Made by a program: the position numbers and the translations under genes. DNA of 33,746 nucleotides from Myxococcota bacterium (GTDB lineage Bacteria > Myxococcota_A > UBA796 > GCA-2862545). Below the pieces are notes generated by a model. The model searched no databases, was not told the DNA's origin, and saw only the letters and a list, made by a program, of their open reading frames with translations. Position 1 is the stretch's first letter, and the number at the start of each line of letters is the position of its first letter. Below are positions 1 through 9,275 of this stretch, piece after piece. The DNA lies in the NCBI GenBank assembly GCA_039208735.1, contig JBCCQY010000102.1:1-33746 (forward strand), in the 5' to 3' direction.

Positions 1-2133
1 ACCGCCTGCACAATCACGGACGAAGCAGGCAACCAGCTCGACAGCTTCTACCTGGAGCGCCGCTACCCGGTCGAAGACATCACCGATCCGACCTTCCCTC
101 GGTATGTCTGGCAGGCGTTCGTGGCCGCCGAAGACCGACGCTTCTTCGAGCACCCCGGGGTCGATGCCTTGGGCATCCTCCGCGCCATCATGGTCAACGC
201 CCGAGCCGGCCGGACCGTCGAGGGGGCCTCTACCCTCACCCAGCAGCTGGTGAAGAATATCCTGCTCACGAACGAGAAGTCGCTCGACCGCAAAATCAAG
301 GAGGCGGTGCTCGCCTGGCGCATGGAACGGGAACTCACGAAGATGGAGATCCTGCGCCTCTACATGGACTTCATCTACCTGGGCTCTGGCAACTACGGCG
401 TCGAAGCGGCCGCACAGGACTACTTTGGCAAGACGGCCCGCGATCTGTTGCCCCACGAAATCGCAACCATCGCCGCCCTCATTCCAGCTCCAAGCCACTA
501 TTCCCCCCGCACGAATCCCGAAGAGGCCTTGCGCCGCCGCCGCCTGGTGCTCCGGGCGATGGTGGAAGAAGGGTTCCTGGATGCCACCGAGGTCTCCGAG
601 AAGTGGAACCTTGAGCCCCTGGTGCTGTCTCCCGGCAGGCGCGGGGCCGACCGCGGAGCCAAGACGTCCTACATCACCGTGGTTCGCCGCGAAATCCAAA
701 AGTATTATGGCTCCAACGCCACGATCGACGGATTGCATATCGTCACCCCCTACAATGCGAAGGTGCAGGAAGTCGCGGTGCGGGGCACTCGGGAGGCCGC
801 AGAAGCCCACCTGAAGCGACAGGGTCCCCGTCCCATCAAGGCCCGCTCCGGACGCCGGCCGCCGTTTCCCGACAAGGATTGTTTCCGTGTTCAGGTGCCT
901 GAAAACGGCGATCTTGGGGCGTTGCGGGCGGGGGCGATGAAGTATTCCCTGCTGAATGAGGACCGGGGACGCCGGGTCTTTGACGAGCGAGAAGATAAGC
1001 GGCCCTCACCTTTGAGGTCCCAGATTGGAGGCGGCGAAATCCTAGCCGTTTGCCTGGCCGATGACGCTCCGGCGCCGGCCGCTGACGAGCCTCCCTGGGT
1101 GACCATCGACGACGAACCGTGGGCCCAGTCGGCAGCGGTGGTCATCCACCACCCGACCGGTCGCGTCGTGGCGGTGACAGGTGGCGTGGGGCCTGGCGAA
1201 CTTGAAGGGTTCGTCCGAGGCGTCCAGGCGCAGCGGCAGCCCGGTAGTAGCTTCAAACCGTACGTCTACGCCTCTGCCCTCGAACTCGGCAAGTCCCAAC
1301 TCGACATCATGGTCGACCGTCCGATCCGCATTGGAAACTGGGCCCCCCAGAATTACGGCAAGAACTTCCGCGGACCCATGCCGATTCGCATCGCGCTTAC
1401 CCGTTCCACCAACACCATCGCCGTGCAGCTGATGCTCGAAGCCGGTCCCCAGCGTGTGGCCAAACTTGCCTACAACCTTGGCGTACGCACCCCGTTGCGC
1501 CCTGATCTCACGATGGCCCTCGGGACCTCTGAGGTCACGCCGCTCGACCAGGCCGTCGGCTACGCAGGCCTCGCCCGTGGCGGCGTGCCCACCGACCCCA
1601 TCTTCGTCCTCCGGGTCGAGGATGCGGCGGGCGGCGTCATCGCTGAAGCAGGGGAACCCGCCTATCCTGGTGGTCGCCGGCTCCCTGGAGGCCCCAAAGA
1701 GCGGGTGATGTCGCCCGGCGTTGCAGCGGAAACCGTAGACATGCTGAAGTCGGTCGTACGCTTTGGCACGGGTCGGCGCGCCTATCGCGATGATGTCGAC
1801 CGTGCAGGCAAGACGGGCACCACGAACAATTTCGTCGACGGGTGGTTTGTGGGACTCACCCCAGAACATGCGATCGCGGTGTGGGTTGGAACCGATGGGT
1901 ACGGGACGCTCGGTGACAAAGAGACGGGCGGTAAGGCAAGCCTGCCCGCGTGGATCGCGATCGCAGAGACGTTGATGGAGTTCGAGACCGAAACGCGGTT
2001 CCCGATTCCCGACGAGGTGGTGCTCGTGCCGTGGCAAGGACAACAAGTCGCCCTTCGCCGGGGTGGCGTCCACAATTCGGTCCTCCCGTTGCCGCCACTC
2101 ACCAAGCAACCATTGGCCTCCGTCGATCGATAA
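1..2133 (+). CDS. mrcA: Class A penicillin-binding protein 1A (transglycosylase/transpeptidase), 5'-truncated by the window edge
   Basis: Frame is open from base 1. GT motifs AAEDRRFFEHPGVD and GASTLTQQLVKN; TP motifs SSFK (SxxK), STN (SxN) and KTG. Confidence 0.93.
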   Translation, partial: TACTITDEAGNQLDSFYLERRYPVEDITDPTFPRYVWQAFVAAEDRRFFEHPGVDALGILRAIMVNARAGRTVEGASTLTQQLVKNILLTNEKSLDRKIKEAVLAWRMERELTKMEILRLYMDFIYLGSGNYGVEAAAQDYFGKTARDLLPHEIATIAALIPAPSHYSPRTNPEEALRRRRLVLRAMVEEGFLDATEVSEKWNLEPLVLSPGRRGADRGAKTSYITVVRREIQKYYGSNATIDGLHIVTPYNAKVQEVAVRGTREAAEAHLKRQGPRPIKARSGRRPPFPDKDCFRVQVPENGDLGALRAGAMKYSLLNEDRGRRVFDEREDKRPSPLRSQIGGGEILAVCLADDAPAPAADEPPWVTIDDEPWAQSAAVVIHHPTGRVVAVTGGVGPGELEGFVRGVQAQRQPGSSFKPYVYASALELGKSQLDIMVDRPIRIGNWAPQNYGKNFRGPMPIRIALTRSTNTIAVQLMLEAGPQRVAKLAYNLGVRTPLRPDLTMALGTSEVTPLDQAVGYAGLARGGVPTDPIFVLRVEDAAGGVIAEAGEPAYPGGRRLPGGPKERVMSPGVAAETVDMLKSVVRFGTGRRAYRDDVDRAGKTGTTNNFVDGWFVGLTPEHAIAVWVGTDGYGTLGDKETGGKASLPAWIAIAETLMEFETETRFPIPDEVVLVPWQGQQVALRRGGVHNSVLPLPPLTKQPLASVDR

Positions 2134-2197
2134 TCGTGCGCGGTGTGGTTACTGGAGGGGCCTGCCTTAGCAATCCGGCTCGGGCACACGTGGCCGC

Positions 2198-2216
2198 GCC
2201 GTGACCGAAACACGGC
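2198..2216 (+). other. Short hairpin in the 5' UTR of the helicase gene, just upstream of its AGGAG ribosome-binding site
   Basis: GCCGTG-accgaaa-CACGGC, a perfect 6-bp stem; function not established. Confidence 0.3.
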
Positions 2217-2234
2217 CCAGGAGCCCCCCCATTG

Positions 2235-4037
2235 ATGTCCACCGACCCGTCCGAACATCAGGACGAACCACCGGCGAACGCGGACGAGACCCAGAACGAC
2301 GACCCGTCTCACGTCCCCTCCGGAACCGACTACGTCAGTGACCGCGCGTTTGCAGACTTCCCCATCTCTTCGGAGGTGCTGCACGGCATCTCCGAACTTG
2401 GCTACGTCACGGCCACCCCGGTCCAGGCCGCGACCATCGAAGCCGCCACTGCCGGCCGCGACATGCTTGTTCGCGCAAAGACAGGCACTGGCAAGACGGC
2501 AGCCTTCTGTGTGCCGATCGTCGAGCGCGCCACCGCCGGCAAACGCAAAGCTGACGCCATCATCTTGGCCCCAACCCGCGAATTGGCCCAGCAGATCGGC
2601 GACGAGTGCGAGGCCATTGCCAAGTTCAAGGATGTGAATTTGGCCGTCCTCGTGGGCGGCGTGGCCATGGGCCCCCAGGAGAAACAGCTCGCCGAAGGCG
2701 CAGAACTCATCGTAGGTACGCCCGGTCGGGTGCTCGATCATGTGCGTCGCAAAAACCTTGACCTGTCCGAAGCTACGATGGCATGCCTCGACGAGGCCGA
2801 CGAAATGCTTTCAATGGGCTTTTACGAGGATGTGGTCAAGATTCTGGACCACACGAAAGACGATCGGCAGGTCTTGCTGTTTTCGGCAACCATCTCAGAC
2901 GAGACCCAGCGTCTCGCCAACGCGTACCTGAAAGACTTCGAAGATATTCGTCTTTCAACTGACGCCGACAACGTCGACAACATTGCCCACGTCATCTACG
3001 AAACCACGGCGGGGCTGCACAAGATTCGTGCGCTGCTCTACGTGATTGACCTCGAAGATCCCAGCTCGGCCATCATCTTTTGCAACACCCGCGAAGACAC
3101 CGCCACGGTCGCGTCCTTCCTCGATCGACAGGGTCTCGACGTCCAGCTGTTGTCAGGCGAATTGTCGCAGTCCCGGCGTTCCCAGGTCATGCGCAAGGTG
3201 AAAGCTGGTGAAGTCCGGTTTCTAGTGAGCACGGATGTGGCCGCCCGCGGCATTGACATTTCGGATCTGTCCCACGTCATCAACTACAGTCTGCCCCAAG
3301 ACCCGGCGGTCTACCTCCATCGAACCGGACGAACCGGCCGTATTGGAAAACAGGGCACCGCGATTAGTTTGGTAGGCGGTCCCGACCTCACCACGCGAAA
3401 CACGCTCGAGAATCGGCATGACCTCACGTTCGAGGTGAGGGAACTTCCGGACGCCGATACGGCGGTTCAGCGGCGTGTGGAGCGGCAGGCCCGTCAAATC
3501 CGTGACGCGATGGGCAGCCTGGTGTTTGAGTCGTACCTGCCCACCGTGCGCGCGCTCAAAGAGCGACCCGACGGCGACCGCCTCCTGGCCGCCGCCCTGC
3601 GCGCCTTCTTCCAGTGGGACCGCCAACGGCGAGCGGAGATGGGAGAGGTCGACTCGATTGGCTCACTCATCCAGCAACGCAACGAGAAGCTCGAGCGCAA
3701 GGCACGGCGCGACAAGGAGCGGGGTAGCGACCGCAAGCCAAGACGGCCCAAGCGAAGCCGCAAGCCGAATCCTCCCACGCCGGAAGATCTCGAGGAACTC
3801 GATGCGCTGCTGGTCTCCGACGATGAAGCGGAGCGTCCAAAGGCAAAGGACGAACCCACCGAAGCACCGAAGAAGAAGCGCCGGCGCAAGAAGAAGCCTA
3901 CGCCACAAGACGATCTGGATGCCATGTTGATCCCAGCCGATGAGGAACCCGATGGCAAGGGCGATGCGAAGGGAGGGTCACGTGACGATCCCGACGACTC
4001 GCTCGACGACCTCGATGCCCTCCTCACGGCCGAGTGA
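2235..4037 (+). CDS. DEAD-box ATP-dependent RNA helicase with a charged, low-complexity C-terminal tail
   Basis: Q motif (GYVTATPVQ), AKTGTGKT, PTRELA, TPGR, DEAD, SAT, ARGID and HRTGRTGR. ATG at 2235 (TTG at 2232 is an alternative start). Confidence 0.96.
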   Translation: MSTDPSEHQDEPPANADETQNDDPSHVPSGTDYVSDRAFADFPISSEVLHGISELGYVTATPVQAATIEAATAGRDMLVRAKTGTGKTAAFCVPIVERATAGKRKADAIILAPTRELAQQIGDECEAIAKFKDVNLAVLVGGVAMGPQEKQLAEGAELIVGTPGRVLDHVRRKNLDLSEATMACLDEADEMLSMGFYEDVVKILDHTKDDRQVLLFSATISDETQRLANAYLKDFEDIRLSTDADNVDNIAHVIYETTAGLHKIRALLYVIDLEDPSSAIIFCNTREDTATVASFLDRQGLDVQLLSGELSQSRRSQVMRKVKAGEVRFLVSTDVAARGIDISDLSHVINYSLPQDPAVYLHRTGRTGRIGKQGTAISLVGGPDLTTRNTLENRHDLTFEVRELPDADTAVQRRVERQARQIRDAMGSLVFESYLPTVRALKERPDGDRLLAAALRAFFQWDRQRRAEMGEVDSIGSLIQQRNEKLERKARRDKERGSDRKPRRPKRSRKPNPPTPEDLEELDALLVSDDEAERPKAKDEPTEAPKKKRRRKKKPTPQDDLDAMLIPADEEPDGKGDAKGGSRDDPDDSLDDLDALLTAE

Positions 4038-4879
4038 AACTGATGTCTGACGTCAAAGACGCCCTACTGAAGAATCTGAATCCTGAAAAAGCCTACAAAA
4101 ACCTCGAGTTCCTCAACTCGCCAGCCGCGCGGCCTATCCGCATCCTCTGCGAGTACGAGGAACCCCGGCAGCGGCTTGCTCAGCACGGCATCGACGACAC
4201 CGTCGTGTTCTTCGGAAGCGCGCGGACCCGTCCCACGGAGGATGTGACTCCGGTGCTCGCGGCCGCAAAGCAGGCGGCCGCCAAGGATCCGAACGACGCG
4301 ATCGCGCAGCGTACGCTGAAACAGGCCGAACGAGCCATGAAGCTCGCGCGGTACTACGACGACGCCCGCGAACTGGCTCGGCGCATCACCGAATGGTCGC
4401 TTCAGGCTCCCGAGGAACGTCCCTATGTGATCTGCTCGGGGGGGGGTCCCGGCATCATGGAGGCAGCCAACCGCGGCGCCGCAGATGTGCCGGGGGGACG
4501 TTCGGTGGGCCTAGGGATTTCCTTGCCGTTCGAGGAAGGCGTCAACCCCTACGTCACGCCAGAACTCGCCTTTGAGTTCCACTACTTCTTCACCCGCAAG
4601 TACTGGTTTCTCTACCTATGCAAGGCCCTGGTGATCTTCCCCGGCGGCTTCGGCACGATGGACGAACTCTTCGAAACGCTGACCTTGGTGCAGACAAAGA
4701 AGATCAAGAAGCCCTTGCCCATCATCCTGTACGGCACCGAATACTGGGACGCGATCCTCAACGTGCAGGCGATGTCCGACTTCGGCACGATCAGCCCTGA
4801 AGACCTCGACCTCGTCCATCGCGTCGACCGCATCGACGAGGCGTTCGGTATTCTCACGGCCGAGATGACGCGCGGCTGA
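4034..4879 (+). CDS. LOG family (TIGR00730-type) nucleotide phosphoribohydrolase
   Basis: FFGSAR, SGGGPGIMEAANRGA, FHYFFTRK and PGGFGTMDE motifs; GTGA overlap with the helicase stop. Confidence 0.92.
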   Translation: MKLMSDVKDALLKNLNPEKAYKNLEFLNSPAARPIRILCEYEEPRQRLAQHGIDDTVVFFGSARTRPTEDVTPVLAAAKQAAAKDPNDAIAQRTLKQAERAMKLARYYDDARELARRITEWSLQAPEERPYVICSGGGPGIMEAANRGAADVPGGRSVGLGISLPFEEGVNPYVTPELAFEFHYFFTRKYWFLYLCKALVIFPGGFGTMDELFETLTLVQTKKIKKPLPIILYGTEYWDAILNVQAMSDFGTISPEDLDLVHRVDRIDEAFGILTAEMTRG

Positions 4880-5480
4880 AGTAGGCCGCGACATCTGCAT
4901 CCGCGGGAAAGCGACCCGTCGTGTACAGCACTTCGAACACGCGACGGGTCTCAGCATCGATGAGTCCAAGCCGCTCGAGCAGCGCCGCCGCGAACGCCGT
5001 CGAGGCCGTGCCTGGAGCCGTCACCAAGCCTTGGTCCTCGACCACGAGGTCCTTTCGGTAGTGGTCTGCACCTGCGTAGTCAGGGGCCACTGCGGCCAAC
5101 CACTGGGGGTCGTTGCTCGTGTGGGCTCGTTCGGCCAAGAACCCGCCCCGAGCCAGCGCCACCGTAGCGCCACAGATCGCGCCGACGAGCGTTCCGGCAT
5201 CGAGGAAGCGTTGGATGAGCGCATGCACCTCAGGCGCTGGGTAGTCACCGGCCGCCCATGCATCGCTCCCAGGCAACACCAGAAGCTCCGAGTGGACGGG
5301 TTCCAGCTCGGACAAGGCGGCATCGGGGGTCACCGTCAGGCCGCCCATCGAGGTCACGGGGCGACCGTTGACGGTCGACACGCGAAGGGTGAGTGAGGAA
5401 CGGCGTCGAATCTCGGCCAAGAGCAGCGCGGGCTCCCAGTCGGCGAATCCTTCCAGGAGTAGCAGGTCGATGTGGTCCAT
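4854..5480 (-). CDS. DJ-1/PfpI (type 1 glutamine amidotransferase-like) protein
   Basis: FADWE, SMGGL, LVLPG and AICGA (nucleophile-elbow Cys). Start moved to MDHIDLLLL at 5480, preceded by GGAGG on the minus strand. Confidence 0.9.
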   Translation of the reverse strand: MDHIDLLLLEGFADWEPALLLAEIRRRSSLTLRVSTVNGRPVTSMGGLTVTPDAALSELEPVHSELLVLPGSDAWAAGDYPAPEVHALIQRFLDAGTLVGAICGATVALARGGFLAERAHTSNDPQWLAAVAPDYAGADHYRKDLVVEDQGLVTAPGTASTAFAAALLERLGLIDAETRRVFEVLYTTGRFPADADVAAYFSRASSRP

Positions 5481-5519
5481 GAGGCCTCCGTGGCGTTCAT
5501 GGCGTTCTACGCAGCTTGG

Positions 5520-5537
5520 CTGACACCCCTGTGTCAG
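5520..5537. promoter_or_regulatory. Palindromic operator between the divergent DJ-1 and WYL genes
   Basis: CTGACAC-ccct-GTGTCAG: perfect 7-bp inverted repeat in a 70-bp divergent intergenic region. Confidence 0.7.
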
Positions 5538-5550
5538 GGTAGGCGGGACC

Positions 5551-6240
5551 ATGAGACGACTCGAGCGCCTGCACGCGATCGTGGACTTCCTACGGGCTCG
5601 ATCCACGGCAGTCACCGTAAGCGAACTCGCCGCGCGGTTCGACGTGTCCGAGCGCACGCTGTTTCGGGACCTTCGCGTCCTCCGGGAGGGAGATGTTCCC
5701 TTGGAGAGCGACCCTGGGCCGATGGGTGGCGTTCGGCTGGGCCGAAGCTATCACCTGCCCCCCATCGGCATCGCCATCGACGAAGCCATCGCCCTTTGGA
5801 TCGCCGTCCAACTGGCCGAAGCATCCACCCAGCCCCGATTGGCCTCGACCCTCGACAAGGTCGTGGGCAGCGTTCCCGAGCCACGCCGACGCGCGTTTCG
5901 CGCCGTGATCGAACGGATCGTGATCGGCCCCGAGGCCCCCGCGAACATCCCCGATCCGGGGCCCCCCGACCCTACGATCTACCGCCTCTGCGAACGGGCC
6001 CTCGTGGATGCTCGGGTGCTGCAGCTTGACTACGCCGATCGCAAGGGCACCCGAACGCGGCGTGTGGTCGAGCCTCACGGCCTGCTGCTATTGCCACCGG
6101 TTTGGTACTTACTCACCCACGATCGTGACCGCGAGGCAACCCGCACCTTCCGTCTCGACCGGATTGAAGCGGTTCAGGCCTTGGCCGAGTCCTTCGACCC
6201 GATCGATCCGCGACGCCTCTTTCCCTGCGACGCGGAATGA
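5551..6240 (+). CDS. YafY-type HTH-WYL transcriptional regulator
   Basis: N-terminal wHTH (ELAARFDVSERTLFRDL); WYL domain (RVVEPHGLL...WYL...RTFRLDRI); no C-terminal WCX extension. Confidence 0.93.
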   Translation: MRRLERLHAIVDFLRARSTAVTVSELAARFDVSERTLFRDLRVLREGDVPLESDPGPMGGVRLGRSYHLPPIGIAIDEAIALWIAVQLAEASTQPRLASTLDKVVGSVPEPRRRAFRAVIERIVIGPEAPANIPDPGPPDPTIYRLCERALVDARVLQLDYADRKGTRTRRVVEPHGLLLLPPVWYLLTHDRDREATRTFRLDRIEAVQALAESFDPIDPRRLFPCDAE

Positions 6241-6243
6241 GCG

Positions 6244-6783
6244 TCAGCTACCCTGCGGCAGCTCAATCACCGCGCCGTCCTGCGAAGCATCGGACAGCTG
6301 GATGCGTAGAAGCAAGAGAACATCTTGGTTCTGGGCATCGACTTCGCTTTCGCCGACGTGCTCAAAGCCAACTTCTTCGTAAAGTTTGAGCGCCCGGCGG
6401 TTCTCGCGGCCCACGAGCAAACAACAGGATCGAATTCCGCGCTCCTGCAGTCGGTCGAGGACAGATTGGACAAAGTGTTGACCGAGGCCCTGGCCCCGCC
6501 ACCCCGGCCGCAGCCCCATGGAGAGGATCGTGGCCTCGTTGGTTCGGTCCCAGCTGCGCAAACACACGCAGGTGCCGATGATTTGGTCATTCGCCCGCAA
6601 GAGAAACACGCGACCCGCTTTGAGGAAAGCTGCCGCCGTGTAGGGCGAAAACGTCGATTCCGCGAAGGTTTGCAGATCGATTTCGATGAGCGTTTGAACG
6701 AGATCAGCGGAAACGTCCACGACCTCTTCCAGACGGATGGCGTACGCCCGTTCGCTTTGCTCGTCGATCTGGAAGCTATCCAT
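6244..6783 (-). CDS. GNAT family N-acetyltransferase (RimI-like)
   Basis: Acetyl-CoA motif WRGQGLG and NRRALKLYEEVGF; ATG at 6783 preceded by AAAGAGGTG. Confidence 0.85.
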   Translation of the reverse strand: MDSFQIDEQSERAYAIRLEEVVDVSADLVQTLIEIDLQTFAESTFSPYTAAAFLKAGRVFLLRANDQIIGTCVCLRSWDRTNEATILSMGLRPGWRGQGLGQHFVQSVLDRLQERGIRSCCLLVGRENRRALKLYEEVGFEHVGESEVDAQNQDVLLLLRIQLSDASQDGAVIELPQGS

Positions 6784-6895
6784 GTGGGTGACACCTCTTT
6801 GGTGACATTGTTCAACCTGGGGTCGGCTCAATATGGAACCGTCTCCAGGTCAGGTCCTGGCGAGGACGTCGTAACGGGCGTCTGCAGGGGTTCCC

Positions 6896-8221
6896 ATGTT
6901 CCAGTCCCTCGACTTCCGCGACCATCGTAAGCGATTGCTCGCCAACCTCCAAGAAGATGAAGCGGTGCTCGTCTTCGGTGCACCCACTCGTCGCCGCAAC
7001 GGAGACTCGGACTACCGGTATCGACCGAACTCCGATCTCTTCTGGCTGAGCGGTTGGGAAGATCCGCAGTGCGCTGCATTCTTGCGCCCCGGCGGAGACG
7101 AGACGTTTGTGCTCTTCGTTCAGCCTCGCGACCCGGCGCGGGAAGTCTGGGATGGACGGCGTCCCGGGCCCGAGGGTGCGATCAACACGTATGGGGCCGA
7201 CGCCGCCTACACGTTCGCGGAACTCGAAGAGGAACTTCCCCGGCTTCTCGAAGGCGTGACCACGCTCCATCACCAATTCGCGCTCGATCCTGACAATGAC
7301 GCCGTCGTCATGGCCTCGATCAACCGGGCGGCGCGCGCAGGACGCCGCAAGGGCTTCGCCACCCCCCAGACATTCCACGTCTTCGAAAAGACGCTTCACG
7401 AGCTGCGTCTGCACAAGACGGCCCCCGAGATCGCGGTGATGCGAGAGGCGGCGGCATTGACGGACCAGGGGCACCGAGCCGCGATGGCGTTCACCCGACC
7501 GGGGGTCCACGAATATGAAGTGGAAGCCGTGCTACGGGCGCCCTGGGATCGTGGGGGCTCCACCGGCCCGGCTTACACCCCGATCGTGGCCGCCGGCGAC
7601 AACGCAACGGTGCTGCACTACGTCACCAACCGCGACGTTTGCAAGGCTGGAGAGCTACTCCTCATCGATGCGGGCTGCGAGGTCGCCTACTACGCCTGCG
7701 ACGTGACCCGGACCTTTCCTGTCGATGGCACCTTCACCCCGGCCCAACGCGACGCCTACGAGGTCGTCTTGGCCGCCCAGCTCGCGAGCATCGACGCATG
7801 CCGCGCGGGACGCAGCTTCGACGACGTCCATGCCGAGTCCGTTCGGGTGCTGACCGAAGGCATGGTTTCGCTAGGTCTATTGTCGGGCACCGTCGACGAA
7901 CTCATCGAGAAGGGCGAATTCCGCAAGTACTACATGCACTCGACCAGCCACTGGCTCGGTCTTGATGTGCATGACGTAGGCACGTACGCGAAAGACGGTG
8001 ACGTACGCCGTCTGACGCCCGGGGTGGTACTAACCGTGGAACCCGGGCTTTACGTCGCCGCAGACGACGAGACGGCACCGGATGCGCTGCGAGGCCTCGG
8101 CATCCGCATCGAGGACGACGTCCATGTCACCGACGGTGATCCGGATGTGATCACAGGCGACATCCCGAAGAGGGTCACCGACGTCGAGGCGGCCTGCCAG
8201 GCGACGCTGGCTCACGCGTGA
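6896..8221 (+). CDS. pepP: Xaa-Pro aminopeptidase (aminopeptidase P)
   Basis: N-domain RNGDSDYRYRPNSD; metal-ligand motifs IDAG, DVTRT, HWLGLDVHD, TVEPG and RIEDD. Confidence 0.95.
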   Translation: MFQSLDFRDHRKRLLANLQEDEAVLVFGAPTRRRNGDSDYRYRPNSDLFWLSGWEDPQCAAFLRPGGDETFVLFVQPRDPAREVWDGRRPGPEGAINTYGADAAYTFAELEEELPRLLEGVTTLHHQFALDPDNDAVVMASINRAARAGRRKGFATPQTFHVFEKTLHELRLHKTAPEIAVMREAAALTDQGHRAAMAFTRPGVHEYEVEAVLRAPWDRGGSTGPAYTPIVAAGDNATVLHYVTNRDVCKAGELLLIDAGCEVAYYACDVTRTFPVDGTFTPAQRDAYEVVLAAQLASIDACRAGRSFDDVHAESVRVLTEGMVSLGLLSGTVDELIEKGEFRKYYMHSTSHWLGLDVHDVGTYAKDGDVRRLTPGVVLTVEPGLYVAADDETAPDALRGLGIRIEDDVHVTDGDPDVITGDIPKRVTDVEAACQATLAHA

Positions 8222-8418
8222 CGCCAAAACCCCCTCCGCCCTGGCATGATGTGCATCAGCGCGCGCGAGCCGCCGATGCGGAGAGCTATGTCGACCCGGA
8301 AACTGGATTTCGGGTGTTTACCGAGATCGCGCACCGGCGCCGCGGAAGCTGCTGCGGCTCCGGATGTCGGCATTGCCCGTTCGACCACGTGAACGTGCAA
8401 CACTCGGGTCATCGCTAA
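8218..8418 (+). CDS. Small Cys-rich protein, DUF5522-like
   Basis: YVDPETGFRVFT...H..RGSCCGSGCRHCPF pattern; GTGA overlap with pepP. Confidence 0.8.
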   Translation: MTPKPPPPWHDVHQRARAADAESYVDPETGFRVFTEIAHRRRGSCCGSGCRHCPFDHVNVQHSGHR

Positions 8419-8475
8419 GCGCGGCATCGGTGGATCGCGCGTGCGACACTGGCGGGGCCGCGAATTGGAGTCCCC

Positions 8476-9273
8476 ATGCCACCCGTGACGCACCTCTCCC
8501 TCACCTCCCGACATGCCCTTGTGTGCGGAGCTAGTCAGGGAATCGGGGCGGCCACGGCCCGTGCCTTTGCCGCCGCCGGAGCCACCCTCACCCTGCTTGC
8601 CCGAACCGCTTCGAAGCTCGAAGCCATGGTGGAGCCCCTGAAGGCCGCGGGCGCCCCTGCCGTTCACGTCCTCGTCGCAGATCTCGACGATCGAGAGGCC
8701 TTCGAGGGAGCCGTGACCGCTTGGCTTCAGGCGCACGGCCCCGTTCACATCGTGGTGCACAACACCGGGGGGCCGAAGGGGGGCCCTCTGCTCGAGGCAA
8801 GCACCGATGCCATCGAAGGCGCCATCGGGCGTCATCTCCTGACCGCCCACCGCCTTCTCCAGCTGACCCTCCCGGGCATGCGCAGCGCGGGGTATGGAAG
8901 GTTTATCCAGGTTCTTTCAACGTCGGTACGCGAGCCCATCGACCGGCTCGGGGTGAGCAACTTGACGCGTGCCGCGGTCGCGAGCTGGGCCAAGACGATG
9001 TCCCGCGAACTGCCGTCCGGGGTCACGATCAACAACGTGTTGCCGGGGTTCACCGATACCGAACGTCTCGATCAACTGATGGGCGCCGCGGCCGAGCGCA
9101 CCGGCACCACCCCCGATCGCGTCCGCGAGGCCTGGATCGCTACCGTTCCGGAAGGCCGTCTCGCCCACCCTGATGAGACCGCCAGCGTCATCCTCTTCCT
9201 GGCTTCCGAGGGGGCGAGCTACGTTCGGGGCACCTCCATCCCGGTGGATGGCGGCCGACTCAGGAGCATCTGA
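8476..9273 (+). CDS. Short-chain dehydrogenase/reductase (atypical SNxxR subtype)
   Basis: GASQGIG, NTGGP, SNLTRAAV, NNVLPG and VDGG; GGAG RBS. Confidence 0.9.
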   Translation: MPPVTHLSLTSRHALVCGASQGIGAATARAFAAAGATLTLLARTASKLEAMVEPLKAAGAPAVHVLVADLDDREAFEGAVTAWLQAHGPVHIVVHNTGGPKGGPLLEASTDAIEGAIGRHLLTAHRLLQLTLPGMRSAGYGRFIQVLSTSVREPIDRLGVSNLTRAAVASWAKTMSRELPSGVTINNVLPGFTDTERLDQLMGAAAERTGTTPDRVREAWIATVPEGRLAHPDETASVILFLASEGASYVRGTSIPVDGGRLRSI

Positions 9274-9275
9274 CC

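Noticed and set aside
4034..4879. LOG/SLOG protein as a defence effector
   Set aside because: It is a stand-alone housekeeping-type LOG with an intact PGGxGTxxE motif, coupled to a helicase and about 17 kb from the TIR gene.
8476..9273. SDR lacking YxxxK as another pseudoenzyme
   Set aside because: NTGGP with SNxxR is a recognised atypical SDR subgroup pattern, so it is not evidence of decay.
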